Source of the DNA: an uncultured Christensenellaceae bacterium
GTDB taxonomy: Bacteria; Bacillota; Clostridia; Christensenellales; Borkfalkiaceae
Assembly (NCBI GenBank): GCA_910587365.1
Contig: CAJUKJ010000007.1
Coordinates: forward strand, 6,133 to 70,132
DNA: 64,000 nt
Direction of reading: 5' to 3'
Part shown: positions 17,508-27,725 of the stretch, in pieces
How positions within the stretch are numbered: the stretch's first letter is position 1
Layout of the letters: each line of letters begins with the position of its first letter
The notes under the pieces: model-generated
The model's database searches: none
What the model saw: only the letters and a program-made list of their open reading frames with translations
What the model was told of the DNA's origin: nothing
Translations under genes and position numbers: made by a program

Positions 17508-18803
17508 ATGAAGTACACTCAGGCAGTCGGCGAAAAAAGCACGGTTAAGCTTTCTATCGCATTTTCAGAAGAAGAATGGCAGGACGCATTAAATAAGTCC
17601 TATGCAAAAATCAGGGGCAAATATTCCGTTCCCGGTTTCAGAAAGGGCAAGGTTCCCAGACCCGTGCTTGAAAACTATTACGGTAAAGGCGTTTTATACG
17701 AAGAGGCGTTCAACCATCTCTATTCTACCCATTATCCCGAAATCCTCGGTAAGGAAAAGGATAATTTCACGGCTGTGGGCGAGCCTTCGCTTGAAGTCGA
17801 AGATATGACCGATGGAAACGGCGTGGTTCTTGCCGCAGTCGTACCCGTTAAACCCGAAGTGACTATCGAAGCTTATACAGGTTTAAAAATCAAAAAGTTT
17901 GAATATAATGTATCCGATGAGGACGTTGACAAGGAAGTCAATAAAATACTCGAAAGCTCGGCTGAGGACGTTGAGGTTACGGACAGAGCCTGCAAATTAG
18001 GCGATAAAGTCAATATCGACTTTTCGGGCAGCGTTGACGGCGTTAAGTTCCCCGGCGGTACTGCGGACGGTTACGACCTCGTACTTGGCAGCGGTTCGTT
18101 TATTCCCGGCTTTGAAGACGCTGTCGTCGGTATGAAGCTTAATGAAAACAGGGATATAAACGTGAAGTTCCCCGAAGATTATCAGGCTGAAAATCTCCGT
18201 GCGAAGGATGCGGTGTTCAATATCACGCTTAACAAGATAACCGAAAAGAAGCTTCCCGAATTAACCGACGAATTTGTGAAAAAGCACGCAGGCGTAGACA
18301 CTGTCGAAGAGTATAGGAATAAAGCCCGCACCCGTCTTGAAAAGAGCGCGGAAAATAAGAGCAGGGACGAAACCGAAAATAGCATAATTTCCGAAATTTG
18401 CAAGCACGCAAAGGCGGAAATTCCCGATGCGATGATTGAAAACGAAATCGACAGAATGGTTCAGGATTTCAGCTACCGTCTTATGTATCAGGGACTTAAA
18501 CTTGAAGATTATCTCAAATATATGCACCTTTCAATGGAGGACTTCCGTTCGCAGTTCAAAGCACAGGCACAGCCCAGAGTTATGAGCCAGCTTGTAATCG
18601 ACAAGATTATCAAGTCGGAAAATATCAAGGTCGAAGACGGCGAGCTTGACGCTAAGATTGAAGAACAGGCAAAATCCGTTGAAAAGACGGCTGAAGAATA
18701 TAAGAAGACTATGGACCCCAGGCAGGTTGAATATATCACAAGCGATATAATAATCACTAAATTATTCGACTTTTTGAAAGCAAATAACGAATTAACCGAC
18801 TAA
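17508..18803 (+). CDS. tig: Trigger factor
   Basis: N-terminal ribosome-binding GFRKGKVP motif and a central FKBP-type PPIase domain (GGTADGYDLVLGSGSFIPGFE). Confidence 0.95.
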   Translation: MKYTQAVGEKSTVKLSIAFSEEEWQDALNKSYAKIRGKYSVPGFRKGKVPRPVLENYYGKGVLYEEAFNHLYSTHYPEILGKEKDNFTAVGEPSLEVEDMTDGNGVVLAAVVPVKPEVTIEAYTGLKIKKFEYNVSDEDVDKEVNKILESSAEDVEVTDRACKLGDKVNIDFSGSVDGVKFPGGTADGYDLVLGSGSFIPGFEDAVVGMKLNENRDINVKFPEDYQAENLRAKDAVFNITLNKITEKKLPELTDEFVKKHAGVDTVEEYRNKARTRLEKSAENKSRDETENSIISEICKHAKAEIPDAMIENEIDRMVQDFSYRLMYQGLKLEDYLKYMHLSMEDFRSQFKAQAQPRVMSQLVIDKIIKSENIKVEDGELDAKIEEQAKSVEKTAEEYKKTMDPRQVEYITSDIIITKLFDFLKANNELTD

Positions 18804-18858
18804 ACAAAATATTTTGCTACCGCTTTAATTAAAACAAAAACGGGATAAAGGAGTAATT

Positions 18859-19440
18859 ATGGCATTAGTTCCTTACATCGTCGAACAGACTTCCAGAGGG
18901 GAGCGTTCATACGATATTTACAGCAGACTTTTAGAGGACAGAATTATATTTTTAAGCGGAGAGATTGACGACGCGGTTGCAAACACCGTCGTTGCCCAGC
19001 TTATCTATCTTGAAGCAAAAGACCCCCAGAAGGATATTTCACTTTATATAAACAGCCCCGGCGGCTCGGTTTCCGCGGGACTTGCGATTTACGATACGAT
19101 GAATTATATCAAATGCGACGTTTCCACAATCTGTATAGGTATGGCGGCGTCGATGGGCGCGTTCCTGCTTTCAAGCGGCGCAAAGGGTAAAAGGTTTGCC
19201 CTTCCCAACAGCGAAATTATGATTCATCAGCCCTTAGGCGGCGCGCAGGGTCAGGCAAGCGATATTAAAATAGCTGCGGAGCATATTCTCCGCACCAAAC
19301 AGAAATTAAACGAAATCCTTGCCCAAAATTCGGGCAAGCCGCTTTCCGTTATCGAGCGCGACACCGACAGGGATAATTACTTGTCGGCTAACGAGGCGAA
19401 GGAGTACGGTTTAATCGACAAGGTATTCTACAAGCGTTAA
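18859..19440 (+). CDS. clpP: ATP-dependent Clp protease proteolytic subunit
   Basis: [22 protein letters not shown], the GMAASMG active-site Ser and MIHQPLGG. Confidence 0.97.
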   Translation: MALVPYIVEQTSRGERSYDIYSRLLEDRIIFLSGEIDDAVANTVVAQLIYLEAKDPQKDISLYINSPGGSVSAGLAIYDTMNYIKCDVSTICIGMAASMGAFLLSSGAKGKRFALPNSEIMIHQPLGGAQGQASDIKIAAEHILRTKQKLNEILAQNSGKPLSVIERDTDRDNYLSANEAKEYGLIDKVFYKR

Positions 19441-19587
19441 AAATATAAATTCAATTCATTAATAATTAATATTAACGCCGGGTAAACGCAAAGTGCGGTA
19501 AATTTCCGCCGCTTAGCGTTTCTACGGCAAAAGTAACCTCGTAGCAAATATTTTGCTGTGCAAAATATTTGGGCGAAAGGAGAAGTT

Positions 19588-20814
19588 TTGAAAGAAAAAA
19601 GATTTTGTTCGTTTTGCGGAAAATCAGAAGATAAAGTCCACCGTTTAATCAGCGGACAGGACGGCGCGTGCATCTGCGACGAGTGCGTTACTATTTGCGG
19701 CGATATGGTAAAGGAGTTAGAGGTAACGGGACTTGAACCCGTTCCCCTTAAAAAACCTTCCGAAATAAAGGACGAGTTGGATAAATACATCGTGGGACAG
19801 GACGAAGCGAAAAAGGTTTTATCCGTTGCGGTGTATAACCACTATAAGCGCATAAACCATATGCCCGACAAAAAGTCCGACGACAGCGAAGTGGAAATAG
19901 AAAAAAGCAACATTCTGCTGTTGGGCCCCACGGGCTGCGGAAAAACTTTGCTTGCGCGCACGCTTGCAAGAATACTCAACGTGCCGTTCGCATCTTCGGA
20001 CGCAACCACGCTTACGGAAGCGGGCTATGTCGGAGAAGACGTTGAAAATATTCTTTTAAAGCTTATCCAAAACGCCGACTACGATATCGAAAAGGCGCAG
20101 CGCGGTATCATATATATAGACGAAATCGATAAAATCGCAAGAAAGAGCGAAAACGTATCGATTACCCGCGACGTATCGGGCGAAGGCGTGCAGCAGGCAC
20201 TGTTGAAAATAATTGAAAGCACGGTTGCTAACGTCCCCCCGCAGGGCGGCAGAAAGCACCCGCAGCAGGAGTGCCTGAGGATAGATACGACTAATATTCT
20301 GTTTATCTGCGGCGGCGCGTTTGTGGGACTTGATAAAATAGTGCAGAAGCGCAAGGACAATACCTCGCTCGGCTTCGGCGGAAGCGTTAAGGATAATGAA
20401 GAAAACGCCTACGAAATGCTTGAAGACGTCAAACCTCAGGATTTGACAAGCTTCGGACTCATTCCCGAATTTGTCGGGCGTGTTCCAATCGTAGTAAGTC
20501 TGCATCCGTTAAACGAGGACGCTTTGGTCAACATTCTGACCCGACCCAAAAACGCGATAATCAAGCAATACCAGAAGCTTATCGCCATGGACGGAGTCAA
20601 GCTGACGGTAGAGGACGGCGCGGTACGCGAAATCGCAAACACGGCAATTCGTTTAAAGACGGGTGCAAGGGGACTGAGGACTATCATTGAAAGCTTTATG
20701 ACTTCGGTAATGTATAAGCTCCCCTCGGAAAAGGACGTTGAAGAAGTTATCGTTACCAAAGAGTGCGTTACCGACAAGGCGGAGCCTAAACTCGTCTATA
20801 AAAAAACGGCATAA
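19588..20814 (+). CDS. clpX: ATP-dependent Clp protease ATP-binding subunit ClpX
   Basis: Zinc-binding CSFCGK...CICDEC, Walker A GPTGCGKT and IYIDEIDK. I prefer the TTG at 19588 (RBS GAAAGGAGAAG) over the tracked ATG at 19558. Confidence 0.95.
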   Translation: MKEKRFCSFCGKSEDKVHRLISGQDGACICDECVTICGDMVKELEVTGLEPVPLKKPSEIKDELDKYIVGQDEAKKVLSVAVYNHYKRINHMPDKKSDDSEVEIEKSNILLLGPTGCGKTLLARTLARILNVPFASSDATTLTEAGYVGEDVENILLKLIQNADYDIEKAQRGIIYIDEIDKIARKSENVSITRDVSGEGVQQALLKIIESTVANVPPQGGRKHPQQECLRIDTTNILFICGGAFVGLDKIVQKRKDNTSLGFGGSVKDNEENAYEMLEDVKPQDLTSFGLIPEFVGRVPIVVSLHPLNEDALVNILTRPKNAIIKQYQKLIAMDGVKLTVEDGAVREIANTAIRLKTGARGLRTIIESFMTSVMYKLPSEKDVEEVIVTKECVTDKAEPKLVYKKTA

Positions 20815-20883
20815 AAATAAAAAATGATGCGCCGAATTTGCTTTTAGGGCAGATTTGGCGCATACTGTTAAATTGGAGTTTTT

Positions 20884-23190
20884 ATGGGTAAATTTGAAGA
20901 TTTTCCTCTGCTTGCATTGCGCGGCAGAGTATTATTTCCCGACACCACGGTCAACTTCGACGTGGGCAGACCTATTTCCATTTCGGCTGTCAAAAGCTCG
21001 GCAGAGTACGAGTCGCGCCTGTTCGTATGCGCGCAAAAGCAGTCCGATAAGGAGGATATTACGGACGAGGACGTATACACCGCAGGCACGGTAGTAAAAA
21101 TCCGCCAGATAACCCGCCTTCCCGGCAGTACTGTCCGTCTTACCGTAGAGGGGCTTTTTCGCGCTCAGGCAAGACAGGTCAGGAAGGAGAACGGGACTTA
21201 TATCGCAACGGTTGAAGAAATAGTCCCCGTCCGCGGCGACAAGTCTTTGGAGGAAGCGTATTTTCGCACCTCAAAGGAAATTTTAAAGGACATAACTTCA
21301 ACGGACAGCCGTCTGTCAAAGGACGCGCTTTCCGCGCTTGACAGATGCTCCGACCCCGACGTGTTCGTAAACCTCGCCGCGCATTATCTGCAAATTAAAA
21401 CCGAACAAAAGCAAGACCTTTTGCAGTGCGCGCGCACGGTTGACAGGTTAAAAAAGGTGGACAAGCTTTTAAACGACGAGCTGGAAATAATGCGTTTGGA
21501 ACGCAAAATAAACACCGTCGTAAGGCAGAATATAGATAAAAACCAGAAAGAATACTATTTAAGAGAGCAGCTTAAAGCTATCCATTCCGAGCTTGGCGAC
21601 GACGGCGAGGAATGCGACGAACTCAAAGAGAAGATTGAGGGTATGGATATGCCCGAAGAGGCGAAGAATAAATGCCTTAAAGAGCTTTCGCGTATGTCCA
21701 GAATGCAGACCTCTTCGCCCGACTATAACGTTTTACGCGTCTATCTCGATTGGATGCTCGATATCCCGTGGAGCGAATGTACCGAGGATACCGAGGTGCT
21801 TGCGGACGCGGTAAAGGTGCTTGAAGACGACCATTACGGGCTTGAAAAGATTAAGGAACGCATAACCGAATATCTTGCCGTGTTAAAGCGGACGGGCGGA
21901 CACAACGCGCCCATACTCTGTTTCGTAGGTCCTCCGGGCGTCGGAAAAACCTCTATTGCAAGCTCGATTGCCCGCGCCCTCGGCAGAAACTTCGTCAGAA
22001 TGAGCTTCGGCGGCGTCAAGGACGAGGCTGAAGTAAGGGGACACAGAAAGACCTACGTCGGCGCAATGCCGGGGCGCATTATAAGCGGAATGAAAAAGGC
22101 GGGTTCTATAAACCCCGTGTTCCTTCTTGACGAGGTGGATAAAATTTCGTCGGATATGAGGGGCGACCCCGCGGGCGCGCTTTTGGAAGTTCTCGACCCT
22201 GCGCAGAACTCGACCTTCGTCGACAGATACATCGAAGTACCTTACGATTTAAGCAAGGTATTGTTTATAACCACGGCAAACAGTCTTGACACTATCCCCG
22301 TTCCCCTGCTTGACAGAATGGAAATAATCGAGCTTACGGGCTACACTCCCGAAGAAAAGCGTGAAATAGCAAAACGCTATCTCGTTCCCAGAAGGCGCGA
22401 AGCGAACGGACTTAAAGCTTCGGAAATTTCAATAACCGACCGCGCCATCGACGCTATAATCGACGGTTACACTATGGAAGCGGGCGTGCGCGGTTTAGAG
22501 CGAAAGATTGACGCGGTATGCCGCAAAGCCGCAGTAAAGCTTTCGGACGGCAAAGCTAAAAAGCTTAGCGTAACCGATAAAAACCTTGAAGAAATTCTCG
22601 GTTCAAAGCGTTACGTTCGCGACGGCGGCGCGTTAAAGGGCGACGAGGTCGGCGCGGCTACGGGACTTGCCTGGACGTCAGTCGGCGGAACTACTTTGAC
22701 TATCGAAGTTTCCGCAATGCAAGGTAAAGGCGACGTTCTTTTAACGGGCAAGCTCGGCGACGTAATGAAGGAGAGCGCGCGTGCGGCGATAAGCTATATC
22801 CGCTCCAACAGCGCAAGCTACGGAATAGACAACTCTCTGTTTGAAAAAACGGATATACACATTCACGTTCCCGAAGGCGCAACTCCCAAGGACGGGCCCA
22901 GCGCGGGTATTACTATGGCAACGGCAATACTTTCCGCGTTCACTCACAAACCCGTAAAGAAGAGTATTGCGATGACGGGGGAAATTACCCTTCGCGGCAA
23001 AGTTCTGCCCATAGGCGGGCTTAAAGAAAAGGCTCTTGCCGCATACCGCATAGGTATACACGACGTAATTATCCCTGCCGAAAACCAGAAGGATTTAGAG
23101 GATATTCCCAAATCCGTCCGCGAAAGTATAAACTTTATACCCGTAACGGAAGTGGATACCGTTTTCAAAAACGCCATTCAAGGTATTTAA
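20884..23190 (+). CDS. lon: ATP-dependent Lon protease
   Basis: LON N-domain, Walker A GPPGVGKTS and the proteolytic motif PKDGPSAGITMATA. Confidence 0.95.
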   Translation: MGKFEDFPLLALRGRVLFPDTTVNFDVGRPISISAVKSSAEYESRLFVCAQKQSDKEDITDEDVYTAGTVVKIRQITRLPGSTVRLTVEGLFRAQARQVRKENGTYIATVEEIVPVRGDKSLEEAYFRTSKEILKDITSTDSRLSKDALSALDRCSDPDVFVNLAAHYLQIKTEQKQDLLQCARTVDRLKKVDKLLNDELEIMRLERKINTVVRQNIDKNQKEYYLREQLKAIHSELGDDGEECDELKEKIEGMDMPEEAKNKCLKELSRMSRMQTSSPDYNVLRVYLDWMLDIPWSECTEDTEVLADAVKVLEDDHYGLEKIKERITEYLAVLKRTGGHNAPILCFVGPPGVGKTSIASSIARALGRNFVRMSFGGVKDEAEVRGHRKTYVGAMPGRIISGMKKAGSINPVFLLDEVDKISSDMRGDPAGALLEVLDPAQNSTFVDRYIEVPYDLSKVLFITTANSLDTIPVPLLDRMEIIELTGYTPEEKREIAKRYLVPRRREANGLKASEISITDRAIDAIIDGYTMEAGVRGLERKIDAVCRKAAVKLSDGKAKKLSVTDKNLEEILGSKRYVRDGGALKGDEVGAATGLAWTSVGGTTLTIEVSAMQGKGDVLLTGKLGDVMKESARAAISYIRSNSASYGIDNSLFEKTDIHIHVPEGATPKDGPSAGITMATAILSAFTHKPVKKSIAMTGEITLRGKVLPIGGLKEKALAAYRIGIHDVIIPAENQKDLEDIPKSVRESINFIPVTEVDTVFKNAIQGI

Positions 23191-23231
23191 AACGCGTATA
23201 TACTTCGCATTTTATAAAAGAGGGTAAAAAT

Positions 23232-23813
23232 ATGCTGAAAATCACAAAAGCCGAATTTATCACAAGCGCGGCAAGCAAAGCGCAGTTCGTAAAGACTGAC
23301 AAGCCGATTATTGCCGTGTGCGGTAAATCAAACGTGGGTAAATCGAGCTTTATAAATATGCTTGCGGGCAGAAAAAAGCTTGCCAAGGTTTCAAAAGAAC
23401 CGGGCAGAACCCGCCTTATAAACTATTTCGACTTCGGCGCGTTTGTGCTTGCGGACTTGCCGGGGTACGGCTTTGCCCGCGTTTCCAAGGAAGAAAAGGC
23501 AAAGTGGGCAAAGCTTCTTGACGAATTTTTTGCCGAAAGGGAGGCGGCGCACGTTTTCGCGCTCTGCGATATCCGTCACGACCCAACGGCAGACGATAAG
23601 CAGATGATAGAGTACCTGTATTACAACATAATCCCGTTTACGGTAATCGCAACCAAGGCGGACAAGCTTTCAAAAGCCGCGTGCGCGCGCAGTGCGCAAA
23701 GCATAGCCGCAACATTCAAGTGCGGAAGCGGCGATATCCTTATAACCTCGTCGGAAACCCGTCAGGGACTTGACAAAGTACTTGAAAGGCTTGAAAGTAT
23801 AATTAATTTATAA
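23232..23813 (+). CDS. engB: Ribosome biogenesis GTPase EngB/YsxC
   Basis: G1 GKSNVGKSS, DLPGYG and TKADK motifs. This is its conserved position after lon. Confidence 0.9.
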   Translation: MLKITKAEFITSAASKAQFVKTDKPIIAVCGKSNVGKSSFINMLAGRKKLAKVSKEPGRTRLINYFDFGAFVLADLPGYGFARVSKEEKAKWAKLLDEFFAEREAAHVFALCDIRHDPTADDKQMIEYLYYNIIPFTVIATKADKLSKAACARSAQSIAATFKCGSGDILITSSETRQGLDKVLERLESIINL

Positions 23814-23822
23814 ATTAACCGC

Positions 23823-23852
23823 AAAAAGACCTCTTGGACGAGGTCTTTTTTT
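23823..23852 (+). terminator. Rho-independent terminator
   Basis: AAAAAGACCTC / GAGGTCTTTTT stem followed by a T-run. Confidence 0.8.
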
Positions 23853-23980
23853 ACGCTGTAAGTTTTTTTGCAAAGCTTCGCTAAAATTATAATACTTTAA
23901 AACCAAAACCGCAATCTGTCAAATTTCGACGTTTTTCGTTAGCAAAGTTGCATTAAAATATAGCACAGGAGATTTGGCTT

Positions 23981-24178
23981 ATGAAAAACGAAAAACAGCT
24001 TCTTCATAAATTTATTAATTTTCTTATAGGCAGTCTTGGCGAACTAAACCGTATGGTCAGGTCTGATTTCAACGACGGGGAGTTTTGGGCTTTTATCGAA
24101 TGTCTTGAAATTCTCGGCGAATGGAGCGGGTTTAAAGAATACGGCATAAACGATATCGAAAAGCATTTTTCGGTATAA
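23981..24178 (+). CDS. Small acidic hypothetical protein (65 aa)
   Basis: An ORF with a GGAG-like RBS, followed by a long hairpin. No family recognised. Confidence 0.4.
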   Translation: MKNEKQLLHKFINFLIGSLGELNRMVRSDFNDGEFWAFIECLEILGEWSGFKEYGINDIEKHFSV

Positions 24179-24188
24179 ATTAACCTTT

Positions 24189-24230
24189 AACGTCCCGCAG
24201 CGGTAATTGCGTTTACCGCTGCGGGACGTT
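24189..24230 (+). terminator. 18-bp stem hairpin (probable terminator)
   Basis: AACGTCCCGCAGCGGTAA / TTACCGCTGCGGGACGTT. The trailing T-run is weak. Confidence 0.6.
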
Positions 24231-24251
24231 AAATATTTTCCGCATTTTTAA

Positions 24252-24280
24252 TTGATTTTTTCTTTCCGATGACATATAAT
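24252..24280 (+). promoter_or_regulatory. Promoter TTGATT-17-TATAAT
   Basis: Hexamers at 24252-24257 and 24275-24280, upstream of the sigma-factor gene. Confidence 0.55.
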
Positions 24281-24341
24281 CAAAAAGCAAAATGGGTTTT
24301 TCAGACTTAAAACATTAAATTTTTCATTATCGATAAAAGTT

Positions 24342-24872
24342 ATGACGGAAGAAGAAAATAAGCAATTAGGCAAACTGATATTTGAAGTAGCCAAAAACAA
24401 TAAAGACTTGTTAGTTGATATTTATGACAGGATAAAAGGTATTTTATACAGCGTAGGAAATACCTATTACAGCAACTTAGAAGACTTGAAAGACTCTATT
24501 CAGGACCTTTTAGAGCAGATTCTTAAAAAAGCTAAAAAATTCAGAAAGAACGCTAACGCCTGTGCCTGGATAATGAAAATTTACAAAAATTCATTCATAA
24601 ATTTCGACAGGCACGAAAAGGTTGAAAGGGAGTATCTGGAAAAGCTTATCGAACAGGTTCGCTCATCTTATTTGTCAAGCGACGATTATTTAAGCAGGTA
24701 CGTCTTATATAACTACATACTCGATAATCTGAATAAGTTTGAACGGAAATTGTTCTATTACAGGTTTCTTTGCCAATTATCAATCAATGATGTGGCAAAT
24801 ATATTGGGTAAACCCAAAAGCACAATACAGTACCGTATTACCCAATTAGAGCAAAAAATAAGAAAATTATAA
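24342..24872 (+). CDS. Divergent sigma-70 family (ECF/TcdR-like) RNA polymerase sigma factor
   Basis: 176 aa. The C-terminal region-4 HTH LSINDVANILGKPKSTIQYRITQLEQKIRKL is clear. The region-2-like segment (NANACAWIMKIYKNSFINFDR) is divergent. Confidence 0.65.
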   Translation: MTEEENKQLGKLIFEVAKNNKDLLVDIYDRIKGILYSVGNTYYSNLEDLKDSIQDLLEQILKKAKKFRKNANACAWIMKIYKNSFINFDRHEKVEREYLEKLIEQVRSSYLSSDDYLSRYVLYNYILDNLNKFERKLFYYRFLCQLSINDVANILGKPKSTIQYRITQLEQKIRKL

Positions 24873-24942
24873 TTTTTTTCGTACGAATCGCCTCCTTGCC
24901 TTGTTTTATTATTATAGAATGTTTTACAAAGGAGGTGCATTT

Positions 24943-25818
24943 GTGGAAAATGCAACTACAAGGTTTCTTTTTTCAATTTTGGCTTTTGCGCTATGCGCAA
25001 TTTTGTCGTTGACGCTGTTATGCGGCATTAAACCCGCTAAGGCGATAGCCGACAGCCAGTCCGTGTATTGCGACGACGGTACATATAACGGAACGGGAAC
25101 GCAGACAAGCGCGACTTATGATATTCCCTGCGACGACTATAAAGTTATCGACGGAGCTATGCATGGTTTTCCGCCTTCGTTCGGTAACGGCGATACTTCA
25201 ATGTCTAACACCTGCGGGCCGCTTGCGGCTATGAATATCGTAACGTTTTACGACAGATGGTGTACGGAGCTTATTCCCGACTACGACCCGGGAGTGTTGT
25301 TCAGCTCGGGTTATCAGTATTGGACTGACAGAAATTTAGAGCAGACGGAAAAGGCAATAAGGTCGCTTTACAGCCTTATGAAGACAGCAGAACTCGGCGG
25401 TACGACTTCGGCAAATTTTAAAAGCGGATTAAAGGCATACGTTGAAAATGCAGGTTACAGCGTGTCGTATACGTCCTTTTATAACGGTGCAACTTCCGTC
25501 AATTTAAGTAAACTTAAAACCGCTATCGGACAGATGAAAGTCGGCTTAATTATGTGCGAAAGGTTCAACTTCGTTTCTAATATTATTATTTCTCCGGCAG
25601 ATTCAATTGCAAGAATTGTAAAGGTAAACCATGACGCGGCACATATAATGGCGGTAACGGGTTGGGAAACCTTTGCTTTTTATAAAAACGGCGTTACAGT
25701 CGCAACTGAAACGTTTTTGTGCGTAAGCAGCGGTTTCAGCTCAGGCGAAAGAGGTTACGTCCAGTTAAGCGACGGCTATCTCAATATTAACGAAGCATTA
25801 ATTTATACAATTTCTTAA
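24943..25818 (+). CDS. Secreted papain-fold cysteine peptidase-like protein
   Basis: I prefer the GTG at 24943, 7 nt after AAAGGAGG. Signal peptide present. Candidate catalytic Cys in SNTCGPLAAMNIVTFYDRW and His in AAHIMAVTGWE, a pattern like C10/C39-type peptidases. Confidence 0.5.
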   Translation: MENATTRFLFSILAFALCAILSLTLLCGIKPAKAIADSQSVYCDDGTYNGTGTQTSATYDIPCDDYKVIDGAMHGFPPSFGNGDTSMSNTCGPLAAMNIVTFYDRWCTELIPDYDPGVLFSSGYQYWTDRNLEQTEKAIRSLYSLMKTAELGGTTSANFKSGLKAYVENAGYSVSYTSFYNGATSVNLSKLKTAIGQMKVGLIMCERFNFVSNIIISPADSIARIVKVNHDAAHIMAVTGWETFAFYKNGVTVATETFLCVSSGFSSGERGYVQLSDGYLNINEALIYTIS

Positions 25819-25829
25819 GAGGTGTAATT

Positions 25830-26495
25830 ATGGAAGAAAATCAGGATTTATTTGAAAAACTCAGACAGATCAGGGACAGCTATGACCCCGACCCCGATTT
25901 GGCAAACAGGGTAATTGAAAAAGTTAACCAGCGCGAGGCAACGGTTGCCTTTAAAAAGCCCGTACCTAAGTGGATATGGTATTTAATAGGCGGTATAATA
26001 GCCGCGTTTTTGGCTGTTTTCTTGCCCGTATATCTTACAAAAAACAATTCAAAGTTAGCCATATATTCTTCTGAAAGTATAATTTTTGAAGACATAAGCG
26101 ATATGGACGGCTTTCTTTCGGAAAACAATTTAACTTTAAATTATTTCAAAACAGAACCTGAAAATAACAGGCTTGCTAAAATAAAAGATAACGGTATTTA
26201 TGCTTATATAACGCAAGAGTTTACCGGTATCGGAGAAAACGGATTTGATGTTGTTGTTCTTAACATGGTTTTATTGAAAAATGCGGAGTTTGAGTTCTAT
26301 AATTCTTATAATTCACTTACAAACACCGCATCAATAGGAGGATTAGATATTAAATATTCTATTGTCAGCGAATTAACTAATAATAGAATTTACGCTAAAT
26401 TTATTTTAAAAGGCAAAACATATTTCCTTCAAATAGACACACAAGACGGCGGTACGGCTGTTCTGGAAAAATACATCAATCAATTATTAAATTAA
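25830..26495 (+). CDS. Single-pass membrane protein (possible anti-sigma factor)
   Basis: A cytoplasmic N-terminus of about 47 aa, one TM helix (WIWYLIGGIIAAFLAVFLPVYL) and an external domain of about 150 aa. It lies in the same operon as the sigma factor. Confidence 0.5.
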   Translation: MEENQDLFEKLRQIRDSYDPDPDLANRVIEKVNQREATVAFKKPVPKWIWYLIGGIIAAFLAVFLPVYLTKNNSKLAIYSSESIIFEDISDMDGFLSENNLTLNYFKTEPENNRLAKIKDNGIYAYITQEFTGIGENGFDVVVLNMVLLKNAEFEFYNSYNSLTNTASIGGLDIKYSIVSELTNNRIYAKFILKGKTYFLQIDTQDGGTAVLEKYINQLLN

Positions 26496-26514
26496 ATATT
26501 AAAGCACGTTTAAA

Positions 26515-26551
26515 GGACGGCGTTACTTTTTTAAGTAACGCCCCTTTTTTT
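26515..26551 (+). terminator. Rho-independent terminator
   Basis: GGCGTTACTT / AAGTAACGCC stem followed by a run of seven T. Confidence 0.75.
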
Positions 26552-26573
26552 GTGCAAAAAAATGGAGTGCAAA

Positions 26574-26924
26574 ATGAAAAACCATAAAAATTATGAAAAC
26601 AAAATCTATAAAAATGAAACCAGAAATAAGGAGCTAAAGCTTGTCAAATTATATTCTCGCGGCAGCGACAATGATGAAAAAGCTAAAAAAATTCTTACTA
26701 TTCTCAATATCTGTTTCAGCGGTATAAGCGCATTTACCGAAACCGACCATAATAAAATCGTAGATAATCTTTATTTCAACCAAGCATATAATCTTATGGA
26801 TACAAAAATCGTAAAAATGACGCAGCTTGTTTCCGTCAGTGAAAGTACTCTCGGGCGTTACCGCAATAAATACTGTAACGTGGCGGAGGTGGTTTTGTAT
26901 CTTATCGAGCATAGCAATCTGTAA
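26574..26924 (+). CDS. Small sigma-region-4/ArpU-like HTH protein, paralogue A
   Basis: I prefer the ATG at 26574, 6 nt after GGAG, because the tracked TTG at 26550 sits inside the terminator tail. The C-terminal SVSESTLGRYRNKYCNVAEVVLYL matches the pattern of paralogues B and C. Confidence 0.45.
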   Translation: MKNHKNYENKIYKNETRNKELKLVKLYSRGSDNDEKAKKILTILNICFSGISAFTETDHNKIVDNLYFNQAYNLMDTKIVKMTQLVSVSESTLGRYRNKYCNVAEVVLYLIEHSNL

Positions 26925-26930
26925 AAAAAC

Positions 26931-26956
26931 GGGTGCCTTAACTTATTAAGGCACCC
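26931..26956. terminator. Hairpin between convergent small genes
   Basis: GGGTGCCTTA / TAAGGCACCC stem. The A-run on its left side supplies a U-run for the minus-strand gene. Confidence 0.6.
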
Positions 26957-27312
26957 TAATTGCTTATTGTTATTGCGGCTTCGTTTATAGGGCTTACGCT
27001 TTCTTTTGCTTTTTCGGTAAAGTAAATAAAAATACTTTTAAATTTCTTTCTTCTGTCTTCAAGCGTGCTTACGCTTGTAAACAATACGTGTTGCGCAATG
27101 TAGTCATAGCTCAGCCCTTCATGGTTTTTTGTGTACAGATAATAAAAAAATTTTATCTCTTCATTGCGGTTTTCAAGTACGGCGTTGGCTTCTATATAAA
27201 TTGTTGACAATTTATAAGCAAGGTTCAAAATTTCGTCGTTGCAGCTTCTCGCCTCACATATTAACTTTTCCGTTTTGCTAAGTAACGCCATATTGTAAAA
27301 ATATGGTATCAT
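26956..27312 (-). CDS. Small sigma-region-4/ArpU-like HTH protein, paralogue B
   Basis: 118 aa. YDYIAQHVLFTSVSTLEDRRKKFKSIFIYF parallels paralogues A and C. Confidence 0.45.
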   Translation of the reverse strand: MIPYFYNMALLSKTEKLICEARSCNDEILNLAYKLSTIYIEANAVLENRNEEIKFFYYLYTKNHEGLSYDYIAQHVLFTSVSTLEDRRKKFKSIFIYFTEKAKESVSPINEAAITISN

Positions 27313-27374
27313 TTTTTAACGCAAAAAATCTGTCAAAATTCGACGGCATTCGCATCCATCGGAAAATCAGGCAT

Positions 27375-27412
27375 AAAAAAATGTACGCACTGTTCAGTGC
27401 GTACATTTTTTT
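27375..27412 (-). terminator. Rho-independent terminator (works on both strands)
   Basis: AAAAAAATGTACGCAC / GTGCGTACATTTTTTT perfect stem with flanking A and T runs. Confidence 0.75.
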
Positions 27413-27725
27413 ATTCCGATAAAATATTTAAAAGTGGTTCCGTCCTGACTCCATTGAGGAAGTAGACAAACCATTCTACATATTGGTTACGGTGTTTTCT
27501 TAAAGCATTGTCGTTTGTGTGCAGTTCGCGTGCAATTCGTTCATAGGTGTAAACGCGCTTAGTAACGTTATACAGTGCGGCAAGAGTTTTCTCATGGCAG
27601 GTTTGTTTCTTAATATCAATAAATTGCATTACTGTTGCCATTTTATTGAACGCATCGGCGTATTCGCGGTTTGCAAGTCTTGAATCAAGCATCATAAGTT
27701 TCTCAATTTTTTTGATGTTTTTCAT
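27411..27725 (-). CDS. Small sigma-region-4/ArpU-like HTH protein, paralogue C
   Basis: 104 aa. YTYERIARELHTNDNALRKHRNQYVEWFVYFL resembles a region-4.2-like HTH. Confidence 0.5.
   Translation of the reverse strand: MKNIKKIEKLMMLDSRLANREYADAFNKMATVMQFIDIKKQTCHEKTLAALYNVTKRVYTYERIARELHTNDNALRKHRNQYVEWFVYFLNGVRTEPLLNILSE

Noticed and set aside
20827-20863. Imperfect hairpin between clpX and lon as a terminator.
   Set aside because: The stem is interrupted and no U-run follows. The evidence is insufficient to annotate it.
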